This document shows, one piece after another, positions 15,101-27,400 of a stretch of 64,000 bases of DNA. The first letter of the stretch is position 1. Every line of letters begins with the position of its first letter. The notes beneath the pieces were generated by a model, which was given only the letters and a program-made list of their open reading frames with translations, searched no databases and was not told the DNA's origin. Origin of the DNA: Azolla caroliniana (taxonomy: Eukaryota > Plantae > Polypodiophyta); NCBI GenBank assembly GCA_043228905.1, contig JBHGNT010000001.1, forward strand, positions 35,154,001 through 35,218,000, written 5' to 3'. The translations under genes and the position numbers were made by a program.

Positions 15101-15202
15101 TTACAAATAAAACTGATCGAGCTGAAAGGTTGGCTGCATTGGGCTGCATATGCGAGGAAATGGATGGGGGTTAGATATCCAGAAAAGCTACCACCCTTCT
15201 AA
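113..15202 (+). CDS. TPP2: Tripeptidyl-peptidase II (subtilisin-like S8 serine peptidase), 5'-partial; 32 coding exons in window
   Basis: GT-AG exons spliced by eye: 113-186, 401-510, 1412-1492, 1845-1931, 2046-2185, 2536-2686, 2773-2895, 3005-3088, 5005-5192, 5350-5524, 5625-5746, 6694-6773, 6937(or 6940)-6998, 8571-8725, 9213-9391, 9469-9581, 9763-9933, 10036-10164, 10602-10702, 10788-10905, 11130-11209, 11279-11351, 11787-11872, 12254-12305, 12418-12555, 12674-12742, 12874-12966, 13042-13137, 13219-13317, 13415-13510, 14282-14545, 15041-15202 (TAA). The translation contains TGSGDVDTS, catalytic His in [11 protein letters not shown], oxyanion Asn in SSAGNAGP, catalytic Ser in NGTSMSSP and the C-terminus [13 protein letters not shown], collinear with plant TPP2 as I recall it. 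The catalytic Asp exon is upstream of the window. Confidence 0.96.
2289..2380. repeat. (TG/TATG)n compound microsatellite in a TPP2 intron
   Basis: tgtgtgtatgtgtatgcatgcatgcatgtgtgtgtgtgtatgtacgtatg... read directly. Confidence 0.85.
3577..3690. repeat. Perfect 57-bp tandem duplication in a TPP2 intron
   Basis: ggtgtcaccctgtttctttatccttccaaccaaaattaaaggtttagaaaaagaata occurs at 3577-3633 and 3634-3690. Confidence 0.95.
3990..4510. repeat. Diverged ~300-bp tandem duplication, probably part of a decayed TE in the 1.9-kb TPP2 intron
   Basis: Collinear shared blocks (agaaggaga..ggaagaggttag..ctctttgtgaga..atagcagttt.tctagcatga.ctagcc) at ~4090-4195 and ~4395-4500. Confidence 0.65.
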
Positions 15203-16389
15203 AAAACTATGTCAGTAGTCAATCTCTCTCTATATATCTATACATTGATTGAGATTGATTTTTTGTACAAGTGGAAGATGCATTAAGAGTTTTCTTGATA
15301 TTCATATATACAGCAAATGCTTGAAGGAAACTCTCAAATTGAACATTTTGTGAGAACCTATTTACATGAATTATGTTATTTTCTCACAATGCATCAAAAA
15401 TTGATTTATAATAAAATTCCAGAAGTTGTTAAACCAAAGTAACTATTTTTTATGTTTTGTTTGTGTAAGAGAGGGGGCAAGAGTTTTTATGCTTTTGTGA
15501 AGCAGAGAAAATTGTGTAATCCATGCCCATGCCCTTCCCTTGGTCAACACCCACCTCAGGCATTATACACTACTTGCATCATTGCATAGTTATCTCCATT
15601 TTTCTCAATTATATTTTTGGATTTAAGCCAAAGTTTGATCAATTCATCTGGCATTTTTTTGGAAAAGAAAATAAAAATAAAAATAAAAATTCATCTGGCA
15701 TATTTTCAGAGATTACAGAAAAGTTTGTGTTTTATAGATTTCTCAAAATTCGTTAAAGCCAGTTTTGTTTTGAATATATATATACATATTTAAGTATTTA
15801 TTGTGCTATTTGATCATTGGTAGTTTCATCTGCATCATAAATTATTCAGGTTGAAATAAATTTACCTTATATTTATGCATTTGTAGACAGATATGAGCCA
15901 GTTATAAATGGAATGTACAAAACACATATTAGACAGATATGGTCCCAACATATCATGTAGAACATCCAAAGTTGGATTTTGGTGAAGCTTCACAGACTTT
16001 GTACCTTGTGCGTCATTGCAATGTCTTTACACATGGAGATGTTAGAGACATACACTAAATGCTAAAGGACTACATAAAATATTACTTAAATCACTAAATA
16101 TAATAATTGTCTGAGCTCAGTAAGGAAAATAGGTAAGAGGTGAAACCAAATTATCATGACATATGGAACCAGAATGGAAAAGCAGTACATGACATTGCTC
16201 TTTCACGAGAAGCATGCATATGTGTTTATTTGTGATGTGTTCATCCCCATGGTTCATGATTGTGAGCCTTTATAATGTGTGCATTTTACACGAGCTTAGT
16301 CTCTTGGTTAGAAAAGAAAATTGCAGATACCACAACATTTAACAATTTTAAAGGAATTAACAGTTGTGAGATTGTGAACCATATCATAT

Positions 16390-16615
16390 GTTTTCCTAGG
16401 TCAATTGATTACAAAAGCCTTGAGCATAAACATTCATGACCAAACCATAGATTTCACTTCCACATGTTGTTGAGGTATACTAGTTTGGCATGTTATATTT
16501 ATGTACTAGTTTTCCTAGGTCAATTGATTACGAAAGCCTTGAGCATAAACATGTACTCATGACCAAACCATAGATTTCACTTACACATTTTGTTGAGGTA
16601 GACTAGTTTGGCATA
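16390..16615. repeat. ~120-bp tandem duplication
   Basis: gttttcctaggtcaattgattac(a/g)aaagccttgagcataaacat... starts at 16390 and again at 16510. Confidence 0.9.
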
Positions 16616-19173
16616 TTAAGTTACTATACTCTTTTATTCTATGGGCATAACCTTAATTATGGTATTGTTGCGTCTCTCCATGTTGATTATCCCTTGCATG
16701 TATGTGGAACACTAGTAGCATTTTTGTGTCAAATATGTGACATTGGATGTTGGTTAATATGCATAGAATGCATAGTTTTTTTATAATAATGAAGTCAAAA
16801 TGCACAATGTTTTATGCACCAATCACGTCATAGTTTTTCAATGATGTTTACCTCAATTTCCATAGGTAAATTCAGTAGTTTGGACAATATGCCTCCAAGG
16901 ATAACTTTGTCTCTCACAAGTACATAGAAATCACATTCTCATGCATCACGTCTTTCCTTGGTGAAATAATGTAATTGGAAAGGTCTATATGTCCTTTCAG
17001 CAAAAGAAGAATTTTCAATCTAGTGCAAGAACAAAGAGATTTTAGATCATTTCATTAATGTAATTGTAAATAGATTTTTTGATATAGTTGGTGCTCTTAG
17101 AAACAACTAAATGTGCGATGTTTAAGGTTTACTGATTAGGAAAATTGGCTTACATATCTATTTGCCTAAGTTGACAATGGGGATACAAAGAGATCTGCAT
17201 AGTTGTCTGTGCAGATATGACAATAATCTCAAAAGATTGGACAAGTTTGGGCCATTATTACCACATCCTTCATGTCTCATATATGAACTTACAAGTTACA
17301 TGCAATCATTTCTCATTGTTTAATGTGTGCATATTCTTAGTTCTAGATATGCATTGTTAATAGTTATGTACAAGATGGTGATATCTTGAAGTCAACACAA
17401 TGCATACATGTTTACTACTACTTGCATTATATCAAGAGACACTAGTATGTGTCTTATTCTATAATACCCCCTCCCATGTAAGAAAAAGTCAAAAAACCTT
17501 ATATTTATCAAATTTTGGCCAATGCCACATACACTAGGTGTGAGGACTCAGGAGGTCTCCTTTAGGTTTTCAAACAATGTCCTTGTATTTGACAAGACAA
17601 GAGCCTAAAGTAGTTTCTGATGTCAAATAATACTTCAAATACAAAGCTCTATTATTTGAAATTTACTACCTAGACATAAAAAGGCTCGTATTTGTGATAA
17701 CAAGGGAGACCATTCAAGTAGAAAGAATCCATTTTCCATAAAGAGTATTCACCGTTTGAAAATATAGGCTTGTAAAATCCATCTTATAAAAATTGATGCA
17801 ATGGTAATTCTTTTCATAATTGACATTAAAGTTTTGGGTTCAAATCTCAATTCTTGCGGTTGATGCTACCATTATTTTGGTAATTGTTCATAATTTTACG
17901 TCAAGATCATGTGTACAATTACTTTCGTCCTAATCAAATTGGCTTTATAACAATGGATGTTGGCATTTTTTCATGAGCGTTGAAAGTAAAAACGATAGCG
18001 TTCTATTTAAAAGGCAAAGCTAAGAAAACTATTACTATGGCACAATTTATTGTTTATCTACTATAAATATGCCATGTACAAGTGTAATTTAATATGGCAA
18101 TGCTGTTAAGCCTTGTTTGTATTTTCATTCGGTGTAAAAACTTTGCATAAGTTTACTTTGAGGTGGCGCATACTATTACGTTTTAACAAATGGTTTTATG
18201 CCATGGATGGGCATTGCCATTTTTCCTAATAATTGCGTCAAGCATTAGATAGCAAAGTCATGAAAGCTACAAGTATATCCTAATTTATTGTTTCCGAGTT
18301 GTGTATGTATATGATAAATGAAATCAACAATTTCGTATCCGAGTTTTCCCAGACTTTACCAGTACAACGAAGTGGTATTTTATGTGAAAATGCACTTGGA
18401 ATTACTTTTCGTGACATTCGTATTTCATAATATTTAATAACTTTGTGCTTGCCAATTATTTCCTTGTCTATGCCAAAACACTTCTATTGAAAAACACATG
18501 TAACCACATGGTTGTTTGAAGTATCATGTCTTTTCATCGTTCATAACATATTATAATCATTTGTGGAAGCAATTGTTAACTTATTTTACATCAAACAATT
18601 TTATTTAGATAGTGCCATGTTAACACCTCAATAATAAGAGATCCTAGATGAGGATAACTAAGGTTTGTTACATCGTTGATGGAAATGCGGAACTTGAGCT
18701 TTTAACAACAAGGGAGTCAACATCAAAATGTATGCGTTTAGCAATCCCATGTTCATGATTCTAATTAAAAAGTTTGTTTTATTGAAATGGAGTTCATTGA
18801 AGTTTAACTAAACCACTTTCTCATATCTTTCAAATTAAAAACACACCTTTGTATTATACATACATATATGAAAAAATAATTTGTCTATTGGGTTTACACG
18901 CACAAGGAAGGCCTTTCAATGTAGAAGTATTAAAACTTGATAATGTAGCTAAACACCACTTGAACACTAAGGTACGATGCAGTTACTATAGTACTCAAAT
19001 AGAGGTAAATCCACTGAATTTTTTAAATCTTTTTCCTTTCATAGATTTAAAAAATGCATGGGAGTTATATCCATCTTTACAATTTTAGAAATGCCAAACT
19101 TTGATGTAAGTACAAATTACTAGGTTGATATCCTCAAGTTCCATGTGCACAAATTCAGATGGCCAATTTTTTT

Positions 19174-22100
19174 ATTACCAATGTTGATAAGATTCTACTA
19201 AAAGAAATCCATCATGCCTTTACCATACATTAATCGAAAAAGATGCAAGTGCTTTAATTTGCACTTATCGTGGTCGTAATGTTATTAAAACTTTAAGTAC
19301 TTGAGATTTATGATCTCTCCACAGTAAGAATCATTATCTAACAAACTCGGATGTTAACCAAAGTTAGTTTAGAAACATGGTTATGTTAGTGGTATAGTTT
19401 TCTATTCACAACTTAATCATTTGATTGAATAATTACCATGTATCTTTACCCACAAACCGTTGATATATACATCCACTTTAAATTGTCTATCCATCTAATT
19501 CACCCTAAATGTGTATTTGAGCAATGCATGGATGTTATTCCAATCGTTTTTCATTACCGATGTTGATAAGATTCTATTAAAAAGAAACCCTCATGCCTTT
19601 ACCATACATTAATAAAAAAAGATGTAAGTACTTTAATTTGCACTTATCGTGGACGTAGTATTATTAAAGCTTTAAATACTTGGATTCATGATCTCTCCAC
19701 GATGAGAATCATTTATCTAATAAACTTGGACGTTAACCAAAGTTAGTTTTGAAACATGGTTAGGTTAGTGGTATAGTCTTCTATTCACAACTAAAACATT
19801 TGACAAACCTGGAGATTTCAGCCAATAACATGGAATGGATCTCGAGTTCCATAACCAATAGGGCAAACAAGTACTTTAACAATTTGCCCATCACTTCGAA
19901 TGGAGATAACTGGAGAGTGATGTGGATGAATGCTAAAATGATCTGTGGGAGGATCAATGATTCATGCATTAAAAAACAGTTGCCACTAAGCATAGAAGAG
20001 AGGGTAGATTGCCTCCATGAGGAGGAAATAGAGGATGCAATGCGACAGGATGTTGTGTTGGGATGGGAGAGGCTCAGTAAGGGCGGTTGGGCGTGGACTC
20101 AAGGGGAGGGGCTATGTCTGTCATGGGAGACTTCACTCATGTTTTGATGAAATTACTCACATGGAACATACAAGGTCTAGGGGGTAGCAAATGTATGTTG
20201 GAGAGGAAGAACTTCCGATAGGAGTTCAAATACCCAAGTTTCAAGGGGGGCCCGAATATATTGTTGCTGCAAGAGCACCATCTAAGTGCGCACAGGATCT
20301 TGAATATTGGCAATCCTCTTGAGGGGGATTGACAGACGTTCTGGTCCCCAGCTCAAGGTGAGCACGGTAGGAAAGGGGGTGTCTGTACATCTATAAGGAA
20401 ATCTTCAGGTGTCGTTGTGGTGGGTCAGGACACCATAGTGGAGGGGCGTGCCATCTATGTGACTATTAGATGGGCCCAATGTATAATTGGCATAATAAAT
20501 GTGTATGCGCCCAATTCGTCAACGAACTGGGCCCTTTTTTGGAGGCAATTGGCCGATGGTTTGCCGATGGCAGATGCATGGATCCTTGTTGGGTATTTTA
20601 ACATGACTTTGTACAAAGAGGACAAAGTAGGGGGAATGTCAATGGTGGTGCAAGGGGTTGAGCTAGTTGCGTTTGATTTGCTGATGGGTCAAATGGGGGT
20701 GAAAGATGCCTAGCATGTAATAAAAAAGTCTCGAAGTTCGTTAAGTTTTTCGAGAGCAAGTTGCAGTATGCATGGCTTTTGCATGTCTCGCATAGACGGA
20801 ATATACATCAGTCCGGAACTAGAAAAATTTGGAACCAATGTTGAAATCATTGCAGGTTCAGCCTACTCCGATCATATGCCGGTTAAGATGACGCTAGAAA
20901 TGCAGAGGAGACCAACAAGGGACTGCAATGTGAGGATCAACAAAAAACTTTTTGATGATGCGAAGGTGAGTAGAAACATAAGGCGTATATGGGAAAGCAA
21001 TTTGGCTAGGTGTGGCACACTTGATAAACTTCGAGGGAAGATTATCGAAACGTCAACTTATCTCCATAGGACGACAAAAATTAGAATTGTGAGGTCTAAG
21101 GAGGAAGAAATGTGTTTAAGGAGATCAATGACGGCTACCCAAAGGCTTCTACATAAAGATCCCCCATGCCAATGGTCTAGGGCAGGCCTCAAGGCTGCCA
21201 GAGAAACGTTGCAATGCTTGATTGCAACAAAAAATACGATGCTATTTAGGAGTTCGGAGGCATGGTGGAGCAAAAATGGGGATAAGGTGAATAAACAATT
21301 TTTCATGCATAAACAACCTAGAACAAACTATAGCTACAATCTGAAGCTGGTTAAGGAAGATGGCTCTATGTCAGAGGATATTTCAGAGATCTTGGAGGCG
21401 ATCACCTCACACTATCATGAGTTGCTTTCGGATAGTTACGATAGCCCCGAACAACCTGCTATGATAGAATATGTGCTAGAGGGAATGCAACACAAAATTT
21501 CAGATGCGGCACAAGCTAATTTGGCGAGGCCTCTCTTGGAGGAGGAGGTGGCTGATGCTTTGGCAAGTATTTGTAGAATGTCCTGTCCAGCCTCCGATGG
21601 ATTATCAAGAGGATTTTTCGAAAAATTTTGGGACGTGATCAAGGTAGATTTCGTTGATGGGCTAAAAGAGGCATGGGATGTTGGGTACTTACCTGAGCAA
21701 TTTCAGGCAAATACATGGTGGTTGTTCAGTTCAGCTCTAAAGTTGAAAGAACTGGCTAGCATGGAGGATAGGGTGGTTCGTGCCATAATGAAGGCATGGT
21801 CAAGTTTAAGAGAAGGGTTGGTCTTAATGCAACCGAAAACACTAGATGAACAACTACGACAACCGTTGTTTTAGAACCCTAGGATTAGAAGTGAAGATGG
21901 TATGATGCTTGAACAACAAAAGTACTTGCCTTGGGGGAGGATGCTAGGGTACAAGATTCGGTCAGTACAGGATTGGGAAGTCTTCAACATGAAGAGGCAG
22001 GCGGGTCAAGCCGTTACTTATAGGATTACTGGAAAACTAGAGAAGGTAAGCCAACTGATAGATGGGGTTGTTGATGGATTGGATAAGTTGAGGGTGATGG

Positions 22101-23640
22101 TCGGGCTGGTTTGTAGGTGAGGGTGATGCACAACTTATCCGTGGTAGGTGCTCAACTAGCGGGGATCGTTTCTGGGGTAAACTAAGTTCTTTGACAGATG
22201 ATGGTAGGTGCATGGCAGTGCGGGTGGCAGTGTTGGCAGGTAAGTGGTGGCAATTGAACCCAGACCCTAAGACACTTAAGACACTAGATCATGATTGTAA
22301 ATTAGGGTTTTACGATAACAAGCCCTTATATGATTTGGAGTGGGATCCATTGGAGGTTTGGTGGCAGACTCCAGGAACAAAAATCTTGAAAAAGTTTTTT
22401 GAATACAATACCAAGCTAGGAAGACGACTCATTGGCTCAAAAACCGTGGGTGCTGGAATGATTCGCAATAGTTGGAAGGATAAAGGCATTTCAGACACCG
22501 ATTTGAAGTCGTTTTGGAGGAGACTATGGCATTGGATATGCCAGAAAAAATTAAGGCTTGGTTGTGGCTTCTTAGCCACAAGGCGGTACCTATAGGCGAG
22601 TGGTTGAGCTCCCATGGTGGTGAGGCTAGTTGTAAGTTATGTGGACAAGCTTTGGAATCAATCTCTCACTATTTTTGGAATTGTACAAAGGCGATTAGCA
22701 TTTGGAGTAGAAGCCTTTGAATCGTAGCAGCCTGTGGTGTGAAAGGGAACGTTGTGTGGGGCTCAATACAAGGATTGTCCCTAAAAGGGGAAAGCTGAGG
22801 TGAACGGTTAAACCCACAAGGGCATGGATTTATAGTGCAGGGTGGTAGCGTGTTCCAATGTGATGGGATGAGACCAGCCACAAATTCTTAATCTTTTGAG
22901 GAGATTTGGCTTATGGTGGCGTGTTTGACGGCCTGGCACATTTGGATCAAGCGTTGTAAGTTTGTTTTTCAGCAGCAAAAGCTCTCATGTTGGGAGATGA
23001 TGTTAAATATCTGGTTTGATCTTGTGGCTTGGTTGCGTGGTCGGTATGATTCGATTCAAGGGGATTCAGAAGAAGCAGAAAGGGCAAGGTCCAAGTTCTT
23101 ATTGAAATGGAGTAGCTCTCCCATACTAGTCAAATCTTCATCGCGGCCTAAGTGGAATTACCATGCACCTAGGTGGTTGTTTCCACCGATGGCTCCCAAT
23201 ATTGTACATGGGTTGTATTTATGTATGTATAGCTGACACAAGCGTGCGTTAGTATAGTCATGTTACCCGGATAATGTTGTTAGAAAAGAGTTAGTTGGGA
23301 GTTGTAGAATCGGGGTAAAATAGGGTTTGATTCAATTTTATATGAGTTAAGGATCGGTTGAGTTTTGTTGTTGTTTTTGTTTGATAGTTTTGGAGTTGTT
23401 TCTCCAAGTTGTATATGTTGATCCCATTGTGGATTTGGACAAACTCTGTTGTATTCTATTTGCTAACTAATGCAAAGTAGTGGTTTTTGGAAAAAAAAAA
23501 AAAAAACATTTGATTGATTAATTACCATGCATCGCTACCCACAAACCATTTATATATACGTCCACTTTAAATTGTCTATCCATCTAATTCATCCGAAATG
23601 TGTATTTGAACAATGCATGGATGTTATCCCAATTGTTTTT
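19174..23640. repeat. ~380-bp tandem duplication whose second copy is split by a LINE
   Basis: Copy 1 is ~19174-19552. Copy 2 is ~19553-19803 and resumes at ~23514-23640 (ttgattaattaccatgcatcgctacccacaaacc... matches the sequence from ~19424). Confidence 0.9.
19804..23502 (+). mobile_element. 5'-truncated L1-clade LINE retrotransposon, decayed, RT core missing; poly(A) tail and 11-bp TSD
   Basis: TSD aaaacatttga at 19793-19803 and 23503-23513; A16 run at 23491-23506. ORF2 starts MKLLTWNIQGL at 20147 and has AP-endonuclease motifs LLQEHHL, INVYAPN, G(Y)FN, SRID, SDH. The pre-RT motif (CPASDGL..FFEKFW) and zf-RVT (CKLCGQALESISHYFWNC) are present. Several premature stops and frameshifts. Confidence 0.93.
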
Positions 23641-24460
23641 AATTATGCTTAGGGAGCTATTTGACACTACTCTCCTCTTCATAGAGCTCTTCATCACCAA
23701 AATCTAGTATAAAAACGTCAAAGTAGGTGTAGCTAGAACGTATTTCAATTCCAAATCTATTTGTACAAAAAATGTGGGTACATGCAGAATTGTTTATAGT
23801 TAAATGTATATATTGTTGAGTTTGTACTTGTGAACTCTTTCATCAAGACATTAGCATTGATATGTAGCATTATATCTGAATAACAATTTTATTTGAATAT
23901 ATGGAAAATTGCAAGTCATAATACCATTTTAACTACCACCTTGACACGGAAAGGATTATTAAGTAGAAATAGCTATCTCATGAGGTCTAAAGAACACAAA
24001 AAAGATTCACAACAAGGTTTAAAGAATACCAAAATATTTTGGTATGTATAAGTACTTACGTTTTGAACCTTAGGATGAAAATATCAAATCTATCAATTAC
24101 ATTCTTTGATCAAAAAATAAATTTAAATGTTGAATTTCACAATAAATAAGAGGTGCAACAACAATGTATGACAATTTTGAGAAACTAGACTGCAATTGGG
24201 GTCCTTGCACAGGAAGACATCAAGAGATATGTCTAACATATTTGTGCTAACATGCAACTAAACGCGCATGAAGTTGTCGTTTTAATGTCACAATAGACCA
24301 ATTGTGATCGATGAGGTAGATCCCATGGCAAGGATCAAAGTTGGGTTCTCTCAAAATAGTGATTTTGATGTTGCGATGTAATCCACTAAGCCAACCACCA
24401 ATCTAAGGCTATATGGTTTTTCCTATTTGCAAGTTTTGTACAATTTTCCTAAGGTGAAGG

Positions 24461-27400
24461 TTTTGTTTTTTCAAGAAAGATGCACCTTAATATATTACTT
24501 GAGAACTCTACATAGAGAAAACAAAAGGAGACATTTCATCTCACTTCTATTGCGATACAAAGGCTAGTATAAGCATCTAATCAAACAAAGGATGTCATAT
24601 ATGAAACAAGTAGAGCAATAACTACGAGCTATTCAACAGAAAAGAAGGTATGGTATAATTCCACCTCAGACCAAAAGTTGTGTCCGAAAATAAATGAAGC
24701 CCTTGCCATTGTTTCTTAAAGGTCACTTGACGTTGCCATGGAACGTCAGTCGAACCCTGCAAATCATCATATTGACCACGTATTGTGTGGACAAATAACA
24801 TCCAAAATTCAATAAGCATGGTGCAGAGATGTATGTGAGCATTGTTCAAAACAACATCACATCTCGCTTTCCATGTTATCCAAAGAGCCAACGACGTAAT
24901 AGTACGCCAAATAACCAGATTTTCAATTCTGAACCGTTGAATAGAAGATGGAAATGAGGTGAGATAGAGGTGTCCATGGGAAAAGTGAAAGACATGAGAA
25001 GTGTGCAAACTTTCATACCTCATAAAATCTTCATAAAAGACACCCCATAATATTGCACCCCATGAGAAAATAGAACGAGAATAATGTTGTCTCAGCAATA
25101 AAAACAACTTACTCCAAAATTGCTTGATCTTGGAACGTAACCAAAACACATGTAGAATAGATTCCACATGTGCACCACAATGCATTCCACAAGCATATTG
25201 TTGATTTTGCCTCAACCAATCACCAATAAGAAGACTGTAATGCATCAACAGCCAACGAAAACAAATAACTTTTTTCGGCAATTGCATACGCCACAACCAT
25301 TTCCAAAATTTTGCAAGTTGCAATGCATGCACAATATTCACAATCCAATGCTTCATGGCAACAGGGCATTTGTATTTTGATTGCAACAACAAATTTCTAC
25401 TTAGCTTAACCAAATATTGAAAAAACTCCAAATGTTTACCATTTCCACCAACACTCGGCTTTTTCCATTGATAATCAGCGGAACCCAGTCCAAATTGTGA
25501 AGAGGTTTTTTTTTTTAAAACCCACAATGAGCAACACAACAAGCATTCTTGAAAGGGTGGATCCAAAAATCATTTTTTTCGAAATCATGCAACTACTCGA
25601 ATAGTTGAAACATTGGCGATGCAGAAAATACATGCCACAACCTACCGTCATCATCCACATTAAAGTATATAGCATCACCCGCAGTGTTAGTTACTTTAGC
25701 TCCGAAAATAATTTTTAAAGGAGAGAAATAATCAAACCAAATCTGATTACTAGAGGGGGACCATGAAGCCATAATTTGTCATAATGCCACTTGCATATCA
25801 TTGCACATAATAGAACCTCCTCGAACTAAATGCATCGACAAAGATTGTAACGCGTGATTCATAACATAGCAACCCCTACAACTAATGCATGAAAGTAGGA
25901 ATATGCCACAAATCAATAACTTCATATTTGAAAATTAGTTTCTCCCACCTACGCAATTCCAAACCCAAGATAGTAACAGAAGAACCACCTAATCTATCAA
26001 TTGGGCTTTCAATCATGTTCCAATCACCACACATACACCAATGTTGTGCCAAAAGAAGATCTTGCAATAACATATTCCACAAACAAATTCTTCCGGTACA
26101 AAATTCAGAGCATAGACATTCAAAATACCAATCAATTTTCCATAAATAAGAATAAACATATATTGAACTCTCCAACCATGCAAGACTCCTTTAGCTTGCA
26201 CATGAGACTGCCATAGCATTCTACGTGCAATACTGACTACCTTGAGTACCAAAGGGTCCAAAAGCCGGAACCCAATCATAAATCCAACTACCACGTAGTA
26301 AATTATTTCTAATCAATGTGATCCTTCTCGAATTAAGATGGTATTCTTGAAAGCATTGCATATCAAGTCTACCTATAGAAGATAAAGGTACAGAATTCAG
26401 AGCATAGACATTCAAAATACCAATCAATTTTCCATAAATAAGAATAAACATATATTGAACTCTCCAACCATGCAAGACTCCTTTAGCTTGCACATGAGAC
26501 TGCCATAGCATTCTACGTGCAATACTGACTACCTTGAGTACCAAAGGGTCCAAAAGCCGGAACCCAATCATAAATCCAACTACCACGTAGTAAATTATTT
26601 CTAATCAATGTGATCCTTCTCGAATTAAGATGGTATTCTTGAAAGCATTGCATATCAAGTCTACCTATAGAAGATAAAGGTAGTTCTTGATTCAAGTAAC
26701 ATTTTACTCTATTACAACGACTCGCACCTAATCCTTGAAGGTTCCAAGATAAAAGGTTAAAATAATCCATATCAAGATTGATATGGAGAATACTCTTATC
26801 AGTCAAAACTCATTGTCTCTCCTTTTGAGAAGATGTTATTGCTCTTGTTATTCTTTTTTCCATATAGGAATCCTTGAACAAAACACGATGGTTTTTATGC
26901 ACTCTATTTTTGCTACTCCCAAGCGCTTCTATAGCATCCTTCGCAGATGTAAAAACATAAGGCAACTACCCGACCTCCAAATGCAAAATAGCCGAATATG
27001 ATCGAGCATCTACCTTTGGATCTTTATGCTCAAAAAAGGTTATCATTTCCTAAACTGACATTTTAACTTTCGTTAGAACTTGTTTTGGCACTGGGTCAAT
27101 GACTGGAACAATTACCAAAGAGGAAGCACAAACCAACATATCTATATCTTTCCACAAAGCGTCCATACTACATTCAGGCAATGCAAAGGGAGAGGGAATA
27201 ACTGAAATAATCTCCATAGATGGAGCGGAAACCGACATTCCTATATCTTGTCTCAAAGTGTCCCTACTACATTCAGGCAATGCAAATTGAGGGGGATTGG
27301 AGCAAAGCATATCAACACTTTTCCCCTTCCCCACTTTATTTGAAGATGTATCAAAAGCCTTCTTTTGTTGAATTTCATGAGGCAACATGGTAGTGACACC

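Noticed and set aside
15300-19100. Hidden gene or transposase in AT-rich intergenic tracts (also 28700-32500 and 39300-42000)
   Set aside because: No recognisable motifs or consistent exon chain by eye. These are probably old TE debris, and a repeat/HMM search would be needed.
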